39,421 bases of DNA from a virus (Duplodnaviria; Caudoviricetes): IMG/VR virus record IMGVR_UViG_3300045740_000083, positions 1 to 39,421 of that record, one strand, 5' to 3'. Made by a program: the position numbers and the translations under genes. Below the pieces are notes generated by a model. That model was not told the DNA's origin and did not search any database. It worked only from the letters and a program-made list of their open reading frames with translations. Below, piece by piece: positions 8,629 to 18,063 of this stretch. The stretch's first letter is position 1; the number at the start of each line of letters is the position of its first letter.

Positions 8629-9348
8629 ATGCCCTTACCAACTATTGCGACACCAACTTATGAACTTGAGTTGCCATCAACAGGAAAACCAATCAAGTAC
8701 AGACCATTCTTAGTTAAGGAAGAGAAACTATTGGTCTTAGCACTTGAGACAGAAGATACAAAAGAAATCTCGAATGCTATCAAGGCAGTATTGAAGAACT
8801 GTATTCAGACAAAAGGTATTAAGGTAGAAGCACTGCCAACCTTTGATATTGAATATTTGTTCTTAAATATTCGTGGTAAGTCTGTAGGTGAAGAGATTCA
8901 AGTGAATCTGATTGCCCCTGATGATGGAGAAACATCAGTGCCTGTGACGATCAATATTGATGAGATTAAAGTTCAAAAGAAAGAAGATCACACCAATAGA
9001 ATTAAACTTGATGATAATTTGATGATGGAAATGAAGTATCCATCACTTGATCAGTTCATCAAGAACAACTTTGATATGTCTGGTAATGTTGATATTGATC
9101 AGTCATTTGATTTGATTGCTTCTTGTGTGGATAAGATTTATAGTCAAGAAGAAGTATGGGTTGCTGCTGATGTAACTAAGAAAGAATTGGTTGACTTCTT
9201 AGAGCAGATGAACTCTATTCAATTCAAGCAAATTGAGAAGTTCTTTGAGACGATGCCTAAGTTATCTCATGAGATTACCTTTATAAATCCTAAGACAAAA
9301 GTAGAAAGCACTGTAGTGTTGGAGGGATTATCAAGTTTTTTCGCATAG
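8629..9348 (+). CDS. gp26: Baseplate hub assembly protein gp26
   Basis: MPLP.I.TPTYEL.LPSTG..IKYRPFLVKEEK.L, FDIEYLFL.IRGKSVGE, FFETMPKL and terminal LEGL.SFF motifs. Confidence 0.9.
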   Translation: MPLPTIATPTYELELPSTGKPIKYRPFLVKEEKLLVLALETEDTKEISNAIKAVLKNCIQTKGIKVEALPTFDIEYLFLNIRGKSVGEEIQVNLIAPDDGETSVPVTINIDEIKVQKKEDHTNRIKLDDNLMMEMKYPSLDQFIKNNFDMSGNVDIDQSFDLIASCVDKIYSQEEVWVAADVTKKELVDFLEQMNSIQFKQIEKFFETMPKLSHEITFINPKTKVESTVVLEGLSSFFA

Positions 9349-9368
9349 GAATGGTCCATATGGACCTT
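9321..9368 (+). promoter_or_regulatory. Candidate -1 programmed ribosomal frameshift signal
   Basis: GGAGG (9321-9325), slippery heptamer T TTT TTC (9336-9342) in the gp26 frame, and hairpin GGTCC-ATAT-GGACC (9353-9366). The -1 frame is open into the gp51-like ORF. Confidence 0.55.
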
Positions 9369-9524
9369 GAGAACTACTACAAGATTAACTTTGCCTTGAT
9401 GCAGTTCCATAAATATTCATTAACAGAGGTTGAAAACTTGATTCCTTGGGAACGAGATGTCTATATTGGTTTACTACAACAACATCTGGAAGATGAAAAA
9501 CTAAGACAGCAACAGAATGGCTGA
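9351..9524 (+). CDS. gp51: Baseplate hub assembly catalyst (cyanophage gp51-like), 57 aa, not in the ORF track
   Basis: Manual translation: MVHMDLENYYKINFALMQFHKYSLTEVENLIPWERDVYIGLLQQHLEDEKLRQQQNG. The YSLTE.EN.IPWER..Y motif follows gp26. Confidence 0.82.
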   Translation: MVHMDLENYYKINFALMQFHKYSLTEVENLIPWERDVYIGLLQQHLEDEKLRQQQNG

Positions 9525-11643
9525 TAACATTCCAAGTTTAGACGATCTACTTAAAGATATTAGGGAAGAGGGTGAACCACAATCATCCTCAGCACTTGCT
9601 GTCGTACCAAAGAAACCAGAAGATTTAGTAGAAGAAGATATAGACTCTCAGATTCTTTCTATCTTAGGGTTGGAAGAAGTCTTTGACTTAACTTATGAAG
9701 AGTATGCTTCTCTCTTAAAAGAAGCAGCAGTTAAAGGAAGAATGCCAGACTCTCAAATGACAACTGAGAGTATTGAGTTAGTTACGAATGAACTCAAGAG
9801 AGTAAGAAATAAGACTGGTAGATTTAAGGTTAAACCAAAGAAAGTTGACATTAATAAAGTATTAGATCGTAAACAACCAACTCCATCTGGTGCGATTGTA
9901 AAAGCACAGAAACTTATACCACAAGCAGCAGAGGTAGCACCAGAGCAAGAGAAAAAACCTGTAGTTGATACTGAGAATTTACAGAAAGACTTGTTAAATG
10001 GTATTGGAAACATCTTAGAGTCTCTGATCACTATTAGAACTTTACTATCAAGTCAAGGCAAGACAGAACAGAAAGCAGCACAAGAAGATAGAAAAGAAAC
10101 TGAAAAGAAAAAGAAAAAGGAAAGAGAATCGACATTAGAAAAGAAGAAACCAAAGTCACCAATACTTAAAGCACTTACAAAACCTGTTGATGATTTCTTT
10201 GATGTAATTAAAAGATTCTTTAAAAATGTTTTGTTAGGTTCTGTTGTTCTTGCTATTTTTAAGTGGTTAAAGGATCCTAAAAATAAGCAAGCAATTGATG
10301 ACTTTACTAACTTTATTGAAAATAATCTTGATAAGATATTTAATGGTATCCTTGCTCTTATTGGACTGAGAATTGGTTGGAATATATTCAAGTGGACCCG
10401 AAGATTATATAAAGCATTTGATTTTCTAAAGAACAAATTACCTGGAGGAAAACCAAAACCACCTAAAACACCCAAAGCACCAACACCATCTACACCAAAA
10501 GTTCCATCTGGACCTAAAATTAGACCGGGAGGTGGAGTTTTAGGTATGGCTGCTGGAATGGTTATAGAATCTGTTCTTGGTGATGTTATTAAAAAATATG
10601 TAACGGATCCATTAGAATCAAAATCATTAGAAACTAAATTAAAAGATTATTCTGAACTTCCCACTGATGAAAAAAGAAAAGAAAGAGTAACATTAATCAA
10701 AGAAAGAATAAAAGAACTTGAAAAGCATATAAACTCTCCTCTTCACGCGATTGAAAAAGGAATTGCTTTGGGTGGAGAAACTCAATCTGAAAAAAATTTA
10801 AGACTTAATAAAGCATTATTAGAATCTATTCAATCCTATGATAAAAAAATAGTATCTACAAAACCTCAAGTTCAACCACAAACTTCTAAAGTACCAGGAC
10901 TTCCCCCAAGTGCTGCACAACCAGGAACAGGACCTACTGGTAATCAAGTTGGTTCACCGACAACAATAGTAAAACCAGTTATAAGTGGAAGATATGGTGA
11001 GCAACGATCTACAGGAGCTCATGGGGGAACAGACTTGGCTGTAGATAAAGGAACACCATTAACTGCAGTTTCTGATGGAGAAATAGTTGATTATGGTGAT
11101 TTGAATCAAAGTGGTGCGAAGAGAGGGGATCCTGGTGGATGGGGAAATTTCTTAGTTTATAAAGACGATCAAGGAATATATCATTTGTATGGGCATATCC
11201 AAGATGGATTCAAGAAGAGTGGTAAGATTAAAAAGGGTGAGCAGATTGCTAAGGTTGGAATGACTGGTAGAACATCTGGTCCTCATCTACACTGGGAAGC
11301 AGGAACTGCTTGGAGTGGTGGAACTCTTAGTGGAAAATTTGATCCATTAAACAAATATTCTTCCACAGCACCATTTTCTTTAAATCCATCTGCTGCGGTG
11401 GCGGTTGAATCCCCAACTGCTCCAGCAGCACAAGTAGCAAAAACACCAGCACCTACACCATCAATACCTTCACCAACAGGAAGAGGTAATATTGTTCCTT
11501 TACCAATACCAACTGGAGGTGGTGCGCAACAGTCGTCAAGTGGAACTGCACCCAATCAAGCACCAGTTCCAAGATTCTCTTCTGAGGATCCAAACAACAC
11601 AACTACTATGGTTGTCAGAGCAATCTATAACATCGTAGGATAA
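9517..11643 (+). CDS. Tape-measure/hub-like virion protein with a C-terminal M23 peptidase domain
   Basis: Helical, Lys/Glu-rich N-terminal half. M23 motifs HGGTD, YGH and TGRTSGPHLHWE. Follows gp26/gp51. Confidence 0.75.
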   Translation: MADNIPSLDDLLKDIREEGEPQSSSALAVVPKKPEDLVEEDIDSQILSILGLEEVFDLTYEEYASLLKEAAVKGRMPDSQMTTESIELVTNELKRVRNKTGRFKVKPKKVDINKVLDRKQPTPSGAIVKAQKLIPQAAEVAPEQEKKPVVDTENLQKDLLNGIGNILESLITIRTLLSSQGKTEQKAAQEDRKETEKKKKKERESTLEKKKPKSPILKALTKPVDDFFDVIKRFFKNVLLGSVVLAIFKWLKDPKNKQAIDDFTNFIENNLDKIFNGILALIGLRIGWNIFKWTRRLYKAFDFLKNKLPGGKPKPPKTPKAPTPSTPKVPSGPKIRPGGGVLGMAAGMVIESVLGDVIKKYVTDPLESKSLETKLKDYSELPTDEKRKERVTLIKERIKELEKHINSPLHAIEKGIALGGETQSEKNLRLNKALLESIQSYDKKIVSTKPQVQPQTSKVPGLPPSAAQPGTGPTGNQVGSPTTIVKPVISGRYGEQRSTGAHGGTDLAVDKGTPLTAVSDGEIVDYGDLNQSGAKRGDPGGWGNFLVYKDDQGIYHLYGHIQDGFKKSGKIKKGEQIAKVGMTGRTSGPHLHWEAGTAWSGGTLSGKFDPLNKYSSTAPFSLNPSAAVAVESPTAPAAQVAKTPAPTPSIPSPTGRGNIVPLPIPTGGGAQQSSSGTAPNQAPVPRFSSEDPNNTTTMVVRAIYNIVG

Positions 11644-13406
11644 TGTTACCAGCACTCGTCGGATTTGCCGCAAAGGCATTACTACCATCAGAAAAGAAAG
11701 TTGATAAGGATAAGTTCTTTGAGAAGAAGAAAGCATCCTCTATTCAAAAGATTGATGATGAAGGTGCTGTAGTAAAACAACCAACGATTCAAAAGAAAAC
11801 AATATCAACTAATTTACTTCTCCCACCAGCACAAATCAAAGCACTTCCTCCTGCTGCTGAAGTTAAGAAAGATGTAAAGACTGGCAGATTGAATGATATT
11901 TTTGATAGAGTTGGTGAGACTCTTCAAGGTATTATTGATGTATTGAGTAACAGAAACCAAACTCAAAAAGAAGAAGAGACTAATAAAAAACAACAGGCAA
12001 GAGTAGATGAGAAAAAAGAAAAGGAAGAAAAGTTAGAGAAGGAAGCAAAGAAAAAACCATTTAAGATGCCGAACATAAAGGCACCTGAAGATAAATTCAA
12101 TATCATGAGATTCTTTGGTAATGTTTTACTTGGATCTCTTGCTCTGGCAATCTTCAATAATCTTGAACAGATTATGGAGACTTTGAAGAATGTTTTTCAA
12201 ACTATCAAAGATTTTATAACAAAACTTGGTGAGTTTTTTAGTCCTATTTGGAACAGTCTTAAATGGATTACTGGAGAGGGAATGAATTTAGTTAATAAAA
12301 TTAAAAAGTTTTTTGGAGCAGGGGGTAAAACTGAGGATGAAGAATATGCAGAAAAGGCAAAAGAAGAATTAAAAAAAACCGATGATCTTTGGACTACTAT
12401 CTCTAAATTTTTTGGATTTGATTCTTCTGATGAAGAGTCGGATATGAAAATTCCAGATAGTACACAACCAGATGAAACATTTCCACCAATATCTGGTGGA
12501 GGATCTGACTTTTGGACTTTAGTTGCTGTTGTTTCACGAGAAGATGGTGATCCTCAAGGAAGAGCTGATGTTGCCCAGTCAATTTATAATAGACTTGCAT
12601 CGGGAGCATATGCAGGAAAAACCATAAGAGAATTAATCTTAGCAAAAACTCAATTCCAACCAACTTGGGATTATCCTAAGAAAGGTAAGTATGGAACTCC
12701 AAATCCAGAATGGTATAACATAACTGATGCAAAATCAGCAGCAAAAGCCACTGGAATGAGTGAGGGTGCGATGAATTCTGTTGCTAATCAATTGATGGAC
12801 CCAACACTACAAAAAAATGCAGCAGAATTTGTTGGAGGAAGAACAGATTTTACTGGGTATTCAAAATCACAATCAGAAAGACAGGGGCAAGTTTTAAGAA
12901 AGTCTGGTGATAATTATTTTGGTTGGGATTGGAATTATCGTGGAACTAAAGTTGCTTCAGTACCAAAATTTAATGTTTCTTCGCAACCATCTCCTCAACA
13001 AAAATTACAACAGAGACAACAAAAAGCAGATACAACTGCTCAACAAGCAGCACAACAAGCAGCAGCACAAACACAAGCACCTCCTGCTCCCGCATTACCT
13101 TCACCACAGCAGGCAGCAGCACCATCATTACAACCAGCAGCACCAGCACAAGCACAAGTTGCTCCAACACAACCAGCACCAGCAGTATCGGCAAGTGTTC
13201 CTCAGATTATGCAGCAGGCAGAATATGAGGTTCCTGGTGGTACTCCATCATCTACAATAGTTCCAATACCTATCGGTGGTGGTTCTTCACCGATGATGAT
13301 GGGTGGTGGAGGAACAAGATTACTTCCTGTTGGAGTATCCAAACAAGCACTATTAAATAGTTACTATCAAGCTCAACTTACTGGGTTCTTATACAAACAA
13401 GGATAA
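11643..13406 (+). CDS. Tape-measure/hub-like virion protein with a SleB-like cell-wall hydrolase domain
   Basis: TLVAVVSRE.....GRADVAQSIYNR.......TIRELI....QFQP resembles Hydrolase_2/SleB. N-terminal region is paralogous to the preceding gene; Q/A/P-rich linker. Confidence 0.7.
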   Translation: MLPALVGFAAKALLPSEKKVDKDKFFEKKKASSIQKIDDEGAVVKQPTIQKKTISTNLLLPPAQIKALPPAAEVKKDVKTGRLNDIFDRVGETLQGIIDVLSNRNQTQKEEETNKKQQARVDEKKEKEEKLEKEAKKKPFKMPNIKAPEDKFNIMRFFGNVLLGSLALAIFNNLEQIMETLKNVFQTIKDFITKLGEFFSPIWNSLKWITGEGMNLVNKIKKFFGAGGKTEDEEYAEKAKEELKKTDDLWTTISKFFGFDSSDEESDMKIPDSTQPDETFPPISGGGSDFWTLVAVVSREDGDPQGRADVAQSIYNRLASGAYAGKTIRELILAKTQFQPTWDYPKKGKYGTPNPEWYNITDAKSAAKATGMSEGAMNSVANQLMDPTLQKNAAEFVGGRTDFTGYSKSQSERQGQVLRKSGDNYFGWDWNYRGTKVASVPKFNVSSQPSPQQKLQQRQQKADTTAQQAAQQAAAQTQAPPAPALPSPQQAAAPSLQPAAPAQAQVAPTQPAPAVSASVPQIMQQAEYEVPGGTPSSTIVPIPIGGGSSPMMMGGGGTRLLPVGVSKQALLNSYYQAQLTGFLYKQG

Positions 13407-14749
13407 TGGCAGATAATCAATCAACAAGAGCAGGTAGTATAGGTGCATTTATTCTTCAGTCTGCTGATGGAAGTAAATCTGTTGACATTTCTCCTGGTAT
13501 CGTTGAGTTAAACTACTACGAAAATATCTTATCAAACTCAGTGTCGATGTCCACAACAGTAATCGATACTGGTTTTACTGATAGTCCTGTTGGCAATAAT
13601 GGTATTGTCGATGGTCTTCCTATTCGTGGAGGGGAGAGAGCATATATTCTCTTAGAAGATAAACAACCAACACCAAATAAACTTGAGTTCAAAACTCAAA
13701 ATGATAACTCTTTATATGTGAATCGTGTTCGTGATATTGATCCAGGAACTCAGCAGGACTTATACTCTATTGACTTTGTTCCAAGAGAACACTTTGCAAA
13801 TGAACAAAGTCGTGTGGTAAAAAGATATGATGGAAACATATCGGATAACATTAAAGCAATACTTACAGAACCTCTCTTTAAGGAGAAAGGATTATTAACT
13901 AAGAAAGAAGTTAAGGTTGATGATACTTTAATTGACTACAACTTTATTGGTAATGATAGAAAACCATTCTATGTTTGTACCTGGTTAGCATCTAAGTCTG
14001 TACCCAAAGATGTTGGTGAAAAAGATAGTGCTGCTGGATATTTGTTCTACGAAACTTATGATGGATATAATTTTAGATCGATTGATGCCTTGTTTGATCA
14101 GAAGTATAAGAAGAAGTATGTTTATACAAACACGGAGTTGAAACCTGAGGAGTATGATGCTAAAGTTCTCTCTTATAATATTGAAAGAGATATTGACTTG
14201 AGTAATAATCTTACTCTTGGAACTTATGCAAACCGCAGCATCTTTTTTGACTTCTTTGCGATGGACTATAAGGTTCGTGAATATAATGTTGACGACAATC
14301 AGAAAGATGGTATTGTAACTGGTGGTCTTGATGAAATCTTATCTGTATCCGAAGAGTTTAGAAAACCAGTGTCAAGATTAATGAGTCATGTACTTGATGT
14401 TGGAACTCTTCCCAAAGGAAAGAATATTGAAGAGCAACTTGCCAACTGGAAGAATAGTCCATTTGATCCAACTTATGATGCTACCAGCACTATGGTTCAA
14501 TCTGTCATGAGATACAACCAGATGTTCTTGATTAAAATTAACGTAGTAATTCCTGGTGATTTCAGTCTCAGAGCAGGTGATTTGGTTCACTGTGACTTTC
14601 CTGGTCTTACGATTGAAAAGAATACAGAAGTAAACAAGAAAAGTGGCGGCATATATATGATAGCAAGTTTGTGTCATCGCATTACCCCAAGAACTACTTT
14701 CACAAGTATGACTCTCGTAAGAGATAGCTTTGGCAGAAAACCTTTCTAA
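13406..14749 (+). CDS. Baseplate hub / tail protein (gp27-like)
   Basis: YYENIL, LPIRGGE, YLFYET.DGYNFRSID.L, PGDF.LRAGD and SGG.YMIASLCH motifs. Lies just before gp5. Confidence 0.65.
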   Translation: MADNQSTRAGSIGAFILQSADGSKSVDISPGIVELNYYENILSNSVSMSTTVIDTGFTDSPVGNNGIVDGLPIRGGERAYILLEDKQPTPNKLEFKTQNDNSLYVNRVRDIDPGTQQDLYSIDFVPREHFANEQSRVVKRYDGNISDNIKAILTEPLFKEKGLLTKKEVKVDDTLIDYNFIGNDRKPFYVCTWLASKSVPKDVGEKDSAAGYLFYETYDGYNFRSIDALFDQKYKKKYVYTNTELKPEEYDAKVLSYNIERDIDLSNNLTLGTYANRSIFFDFFAMDYKVREYNVDDNQKDGIVTGGLDEILSVSEEFRKPVSRLMSHVLDVGTLPKGKNIEEQLANWKNSPFDPTYDATSTMVQSVMRYNQMFLIKINVVIPGDFSLRAGDLVHCDFPGLTIEKNTEVNKKSGGIYMIASLCHRITPRTTFTSMTLVRDSFGRKPF

Positions 14750-14758
14750 GAGACCAAA

Positions 14759-14977
14759 ATGACAGACAAATCACTCCAACAACATATCAACGACGACAAG
14801 GATGAACTCGATGATCCTAATACCAGTGGTCAACGTCGTCGTCATTTAGAGGATGAAGTAGAACATCTTGAGAAGTATCAAGCAAATCATCCCGACACCG
14901 ATCACGATCCCACTGGTTTTGAAATGTATTGTGATGAGAACCCTGATGCATTAGAATGTAGAGTCTATGACAGTTGA
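14759..14977 (+). CDS. cp12: CP12-domain Calvin cycle regulator (auxiliary metabolic gene)
   Basis: C-terminal CP12 signature FEMYCDENPDALECRVYD, with the phage-type N-terminus (HI..DK..LD.P..S.QRRRH.E.E). Confidence 0.9.
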   Translation: MTDKSLQQHINDDKDELDDPNTSGQRRRHLEDEVEHLEKYQANHPDTDHDPTGFEMYCDENPDALECRVYDS

Positions 14978-17471
14978 GCAAGGTTTATTTAAGAGACATT
15001 TTGTAGGAAGAGATAACTTCATTTGGTGGATAGGTCAAATCGTTGACGAAACCAAATGGAGTGGAAACATTCCTGGATATAGAACCAGAACTACAGATGA
15101 TCATAAAGGATTTGAGTATCGTTATAAGGTTCGCATTATGGGATACCATACTGCAGTTCCTTCAGAACTTTCTGATGATGATCTTCCTTGGGCTTCTTTG
15201 ATGTATCCAGTAACTGCTGGTGCAGGAACTGGTGGACTGTCTCAAACACCAAACCTTAAACAGGGTATGTTTGTGTATGGATTCTTCTTGGATGGAGAAG
15301 ACGCACAACAACCAATCATTATGGGTGTGATTGGATTTAATGATTACACTCAAGTCTTAAATAATATCCCTGATGCAGGATTTCTTCCCTTTGAAGGTTA
15401 TAAGTATGCGGAAGAACGAGTAGCAAAGGCTTCGATGCGAACAGAGAGGGAAGATCCTTTAGCAAAACAAAGTGCATCGTCTCCAAGTCAAGTAGGAATA
15501 AACACAACAAAGGTTCAGGGTGTAACTGGATACAACTCTCTGACTGATGCTGCATCAAAACAACAATATGATAAAGGTAAAAAGCAACATAGTATTCCTA
15601 AGACATCTGTATGTGAGAAGCAACCCTTAGGTCAAATTCAGTTAGATATTCTAAATCTTGTACAAGATATTGAAAAGGCAAGAAAATCACTGACCGATTG
15701 GGAAACAAAGGTATCTACAAATATTGAGAATGTTCAAAGATGGATTGAAGATAAAATAAAGTTTGTATCGGACAAAATTACTCAAGGAATTGAGTGGATT
15801 ATTACTGAGATAGAAAAACAAACAATCAATAGAGTCAATAATGCACTAAAGGATACTTACTTTTTACTCTTCCCAAATGAAAGACCAAACTTAAAAACTG
15901 CTGTAGAAACTGCTAATGATCTTCTTGCTTGCTTATTCAAAAAGATAATTGGCAATCTTTTTAACTTGGTTTCTAAGTTATTAACTTCTTTGTTTGATAA
16001 ACTTATAAATGTTCCTATTTGTTTTGCTGAACAGTTTACTTCAGTTATTCTTGGTAGTGTATTGAATGATATTCTTTCTGGAGTTACTTCTGTTCTTGGA
16101 TCTATAAGTGGTATTGTTGGAACAGCAATTAATATTGCTGGAGACATCTTAGGATTTATTGCAGATATATTTTCATTCCTTACTTGTGATACAAAACCCG
16201 AATGTCCTGAGGTAGATACATGGAGTCCTTGGGATGGTCCTGATAAGACTGCTTCTTTTGATATTCAAGGTCTTATTGGTCAGGTAAAGGATTTTGCCAG
16301 AGATACTGTTGATCAAGTTGGTGGTGGTATTGGTGCAGTTGAAAAAGCAATTGGTTCTATTCAAGGAACTATTTCATCCGCAGTAAATGGATTTGAAACC
16401 AGTCCTTTAGGTGGAACATGTAATGTGGGTCCTTTCCGTTGTGGTCCACCGATTGTTGAGTTCTTTGGTGGAGAAGGATCAGGAGCTACTGGAAATGTAA
16501 TCATCGGATTCACTGGTGAAATTTTAGGAGTTGATATCATTACCGAAGGTGGAAACTATGCAGAACCACCATTTGTGAAGTTTAAAGATAACTGTGGCAA
16601 AGGATCTGGTGCTGTTGGTAGAGCAATTCTTGAGTTTGATCCTGAGGTTCCTGTTCCAATTCAAAACAGAACTGATAGTGCTCAAGGTTGTATTCCTTTG
16701 AGTGGATTAAAAAATGGTAGAGTTGTTGATGTTATAATCGAAGAACCTGGAAAGAATTATCTTTACTCTTATGATGGTAGTGAAGGTGGAGGTGGAAGAA
16801 CCTTTGCTAATTACTGCGAAACGATGGTAAGAAGAGCAAGTGGTTGTTACGATCTTCCTTATGTTTCTGGTCAAACCATACAATTAAATCCTGGAGACTG
16901 GATTAAGTATCCAAATTCAACTGCTGCTGTTAGAGTTACAGAGGCACAAACAGTGACTGCTCCAGTATGTGGTGATTATGATTCTTCAAATCCACCACCA
17001 GGACCACCACCAGTATTCAGACAACCAGATCCATTCAACCCACCAAAACCAGTTGATGATGAGAACTATCCTATTGATATTGAAATAATAGATTATGTTC
17101 CTTTGGATCCTGGATATGATTATAAACCAGGAGATCCGATTATTGTTGTTCCTACCCCATCAGATGATCCTAATGAGGATATTGTACCTCCAACAGATGT
17201 AGATGATCCTGATGGTGAAGTTGAAGAGGTTGATCCAGGTGGTGGCATCACAAAAGTCACAGTTATAAACAGAGGTCCATATACTAGTTATCCAAATATA
17301 TTTGTTATAAGTAATACTGGATTTAATGCTAAACTTGTTCCAAGATTTAGAATTAATCGTCTAACTCCAGAACAAGTTGAAGAAAGAATAACTTCAGGAC
17401 AACCAATACTTTCTGTGATTGATTGTGTTGGTAAAATACCACCTAAACAGCAGTTTGATATAGTTCCATAA
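14967..17471 (+). CDS. gp5: Baseplate hub/spike gp5-like protein (N-terminal OB fold, no obvious lysozyme domain)
   Basis: FVGRD.F.WWIGQI, RYKVRIMGYH......D.DLPWA and V.GFFLDGEDAQQP.IMG motifs. Confidence 0.85.
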   Translation: MTVEQGLFKRHFVGRDNFIWWIGQIVDETKWSGNIPGYRTRTTDDHKGFEYRYKVRIMGYHTAVPSELSDDDLPWASLMYPVTAGAGTGGLSQTPNLKQGMFVYGFFLDGEDAQQPIIMGVIGFNDYTQVLNNIPDAGFLPFEGYKYAEERVAKASMRTEREDPLAKQSASSPSQVGINTTKVQGVTGYNSLTDAASKQQYDKGKKQHSIPKTSVCEKQPLGQIQLDILNLVQDIEKARKSLTDWETKVSTNIENVQRWIEDKIKFVSDKITQGIEWIITEIEKQTINRVNNALKDTYFLLFPNERPNLKTAVETANDLLACLFKKIIGNLFNLVSKLLTSLFDKLINVPICFAEQFTSVILGSVLNDILSGVTSVLGSISGIVGTAINIAGDILGFIADIFSFLTCDTKPECPEVDTWSPWDGPDKTASFDIQGLIGQVKDFARDTVDQVGGGIGAVEKAIGSIQGTISSAVNGFETSPLGGTCNVGPFRCGPPIVEFFGGEGSGATGNVIIGFTGEILGVDIITEGGNYAEPPFVKFKDNCGKGSGAVGRAILEFDPEVPVPIQNRTDSAQGCIPLSGLKNGRVVDVIIEEPGKNYLYSYDGSEGGGGRTFANYCETMVRRASGCYDLPYVSGQTIQLNPGDWIKYPNSTAAVRVTEAQTVTAPVCGDYDSSNPPPGPPPVFRQPDPFNPPKPVDDENYPIDIEIIDYVPLDPGYDYKPGDPIIVVPTPSDDPNEDIVPPTDVDDPDGEVEEVDPGGGITKVTVINRGPYTSYPNIFVISNTGFNAKLVPRFRINRLTPEQVEERITSGQPILSVIDCVGKIPPKQQFDIVP

Positions 17472-18058
17472 TGGCACAGAAAAAAGATAGATACCAGACA
17501 AGACAGGGAACTCACCATAGTGAGACTAAACGTGGTCATATTCATAATGACAACAATCAGTCTGCTTATATGGTGCGAGCAGGTGATGATGGTGGAAGAC
17601 ATTACTTAATGATGGATTCCACTGGAAGCACTGAGGGTGGTAGAAAAGGATCTACTCACGTTGTATGTCCTGGAACTTTTAATCTTATTGCTGCTGAGGA
17701 TGTCTCCAAAAACATTCCTGGAATATTCATGGAGGCAGAAAGTGGAGACTTTATTATCAACGTACCAAAAGGTAGACTAAGAATTTGTGCAGAGAACGTT
17801 GATATTCGTGCGACTGGGACAGGGAATGAAAAAGGTGTTATAATATTAGATTCTGATGAAAAAATTATTTTAAAGTCTCAGCAAATTGATATAGATAGTA
17901 AAGTATCCACCAAAATATTCTCAGAAAAAACTGTAGAGTGTATTGGTAAGGGAATTCTTAACATCTATGGTGGTTTAGTTGATGTTGCTGATGGTGCAAC
18001 AAAGATTAAAGGATCTAAAGGTGGAATCTTTACAAATGAACTTAGATTTGTGTTATAG
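17471..18058 (+). CDS. Baseplate spike-associated protein (gp5 C-terminal beta-helix-like)
   Basis: Repeating beta-strand pattern (I.AE.GDFII....GRLRI.AENVDI.A). Translationally coupled to gp5. Confidence 0.5.
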   Translation: MAQKKDRYQTRQGTHHSETKRGHIHNDNNQSAYMVRAGDDGGRHYLMMDSTGSTEGGRKGSTHVVCPGTFNLIAAEDVSKNIPGIFMEAESGDFIINVPKGRLRICAENVDIRATGTGNEKGVIILDSDEKIILKSQQIDIDSKVSTKIFSEKTVECIGKGILNIYGGLVDVADGATKIKGSKGGIFTNELRFVL

Positions 18059-18063
18059 GAAAT

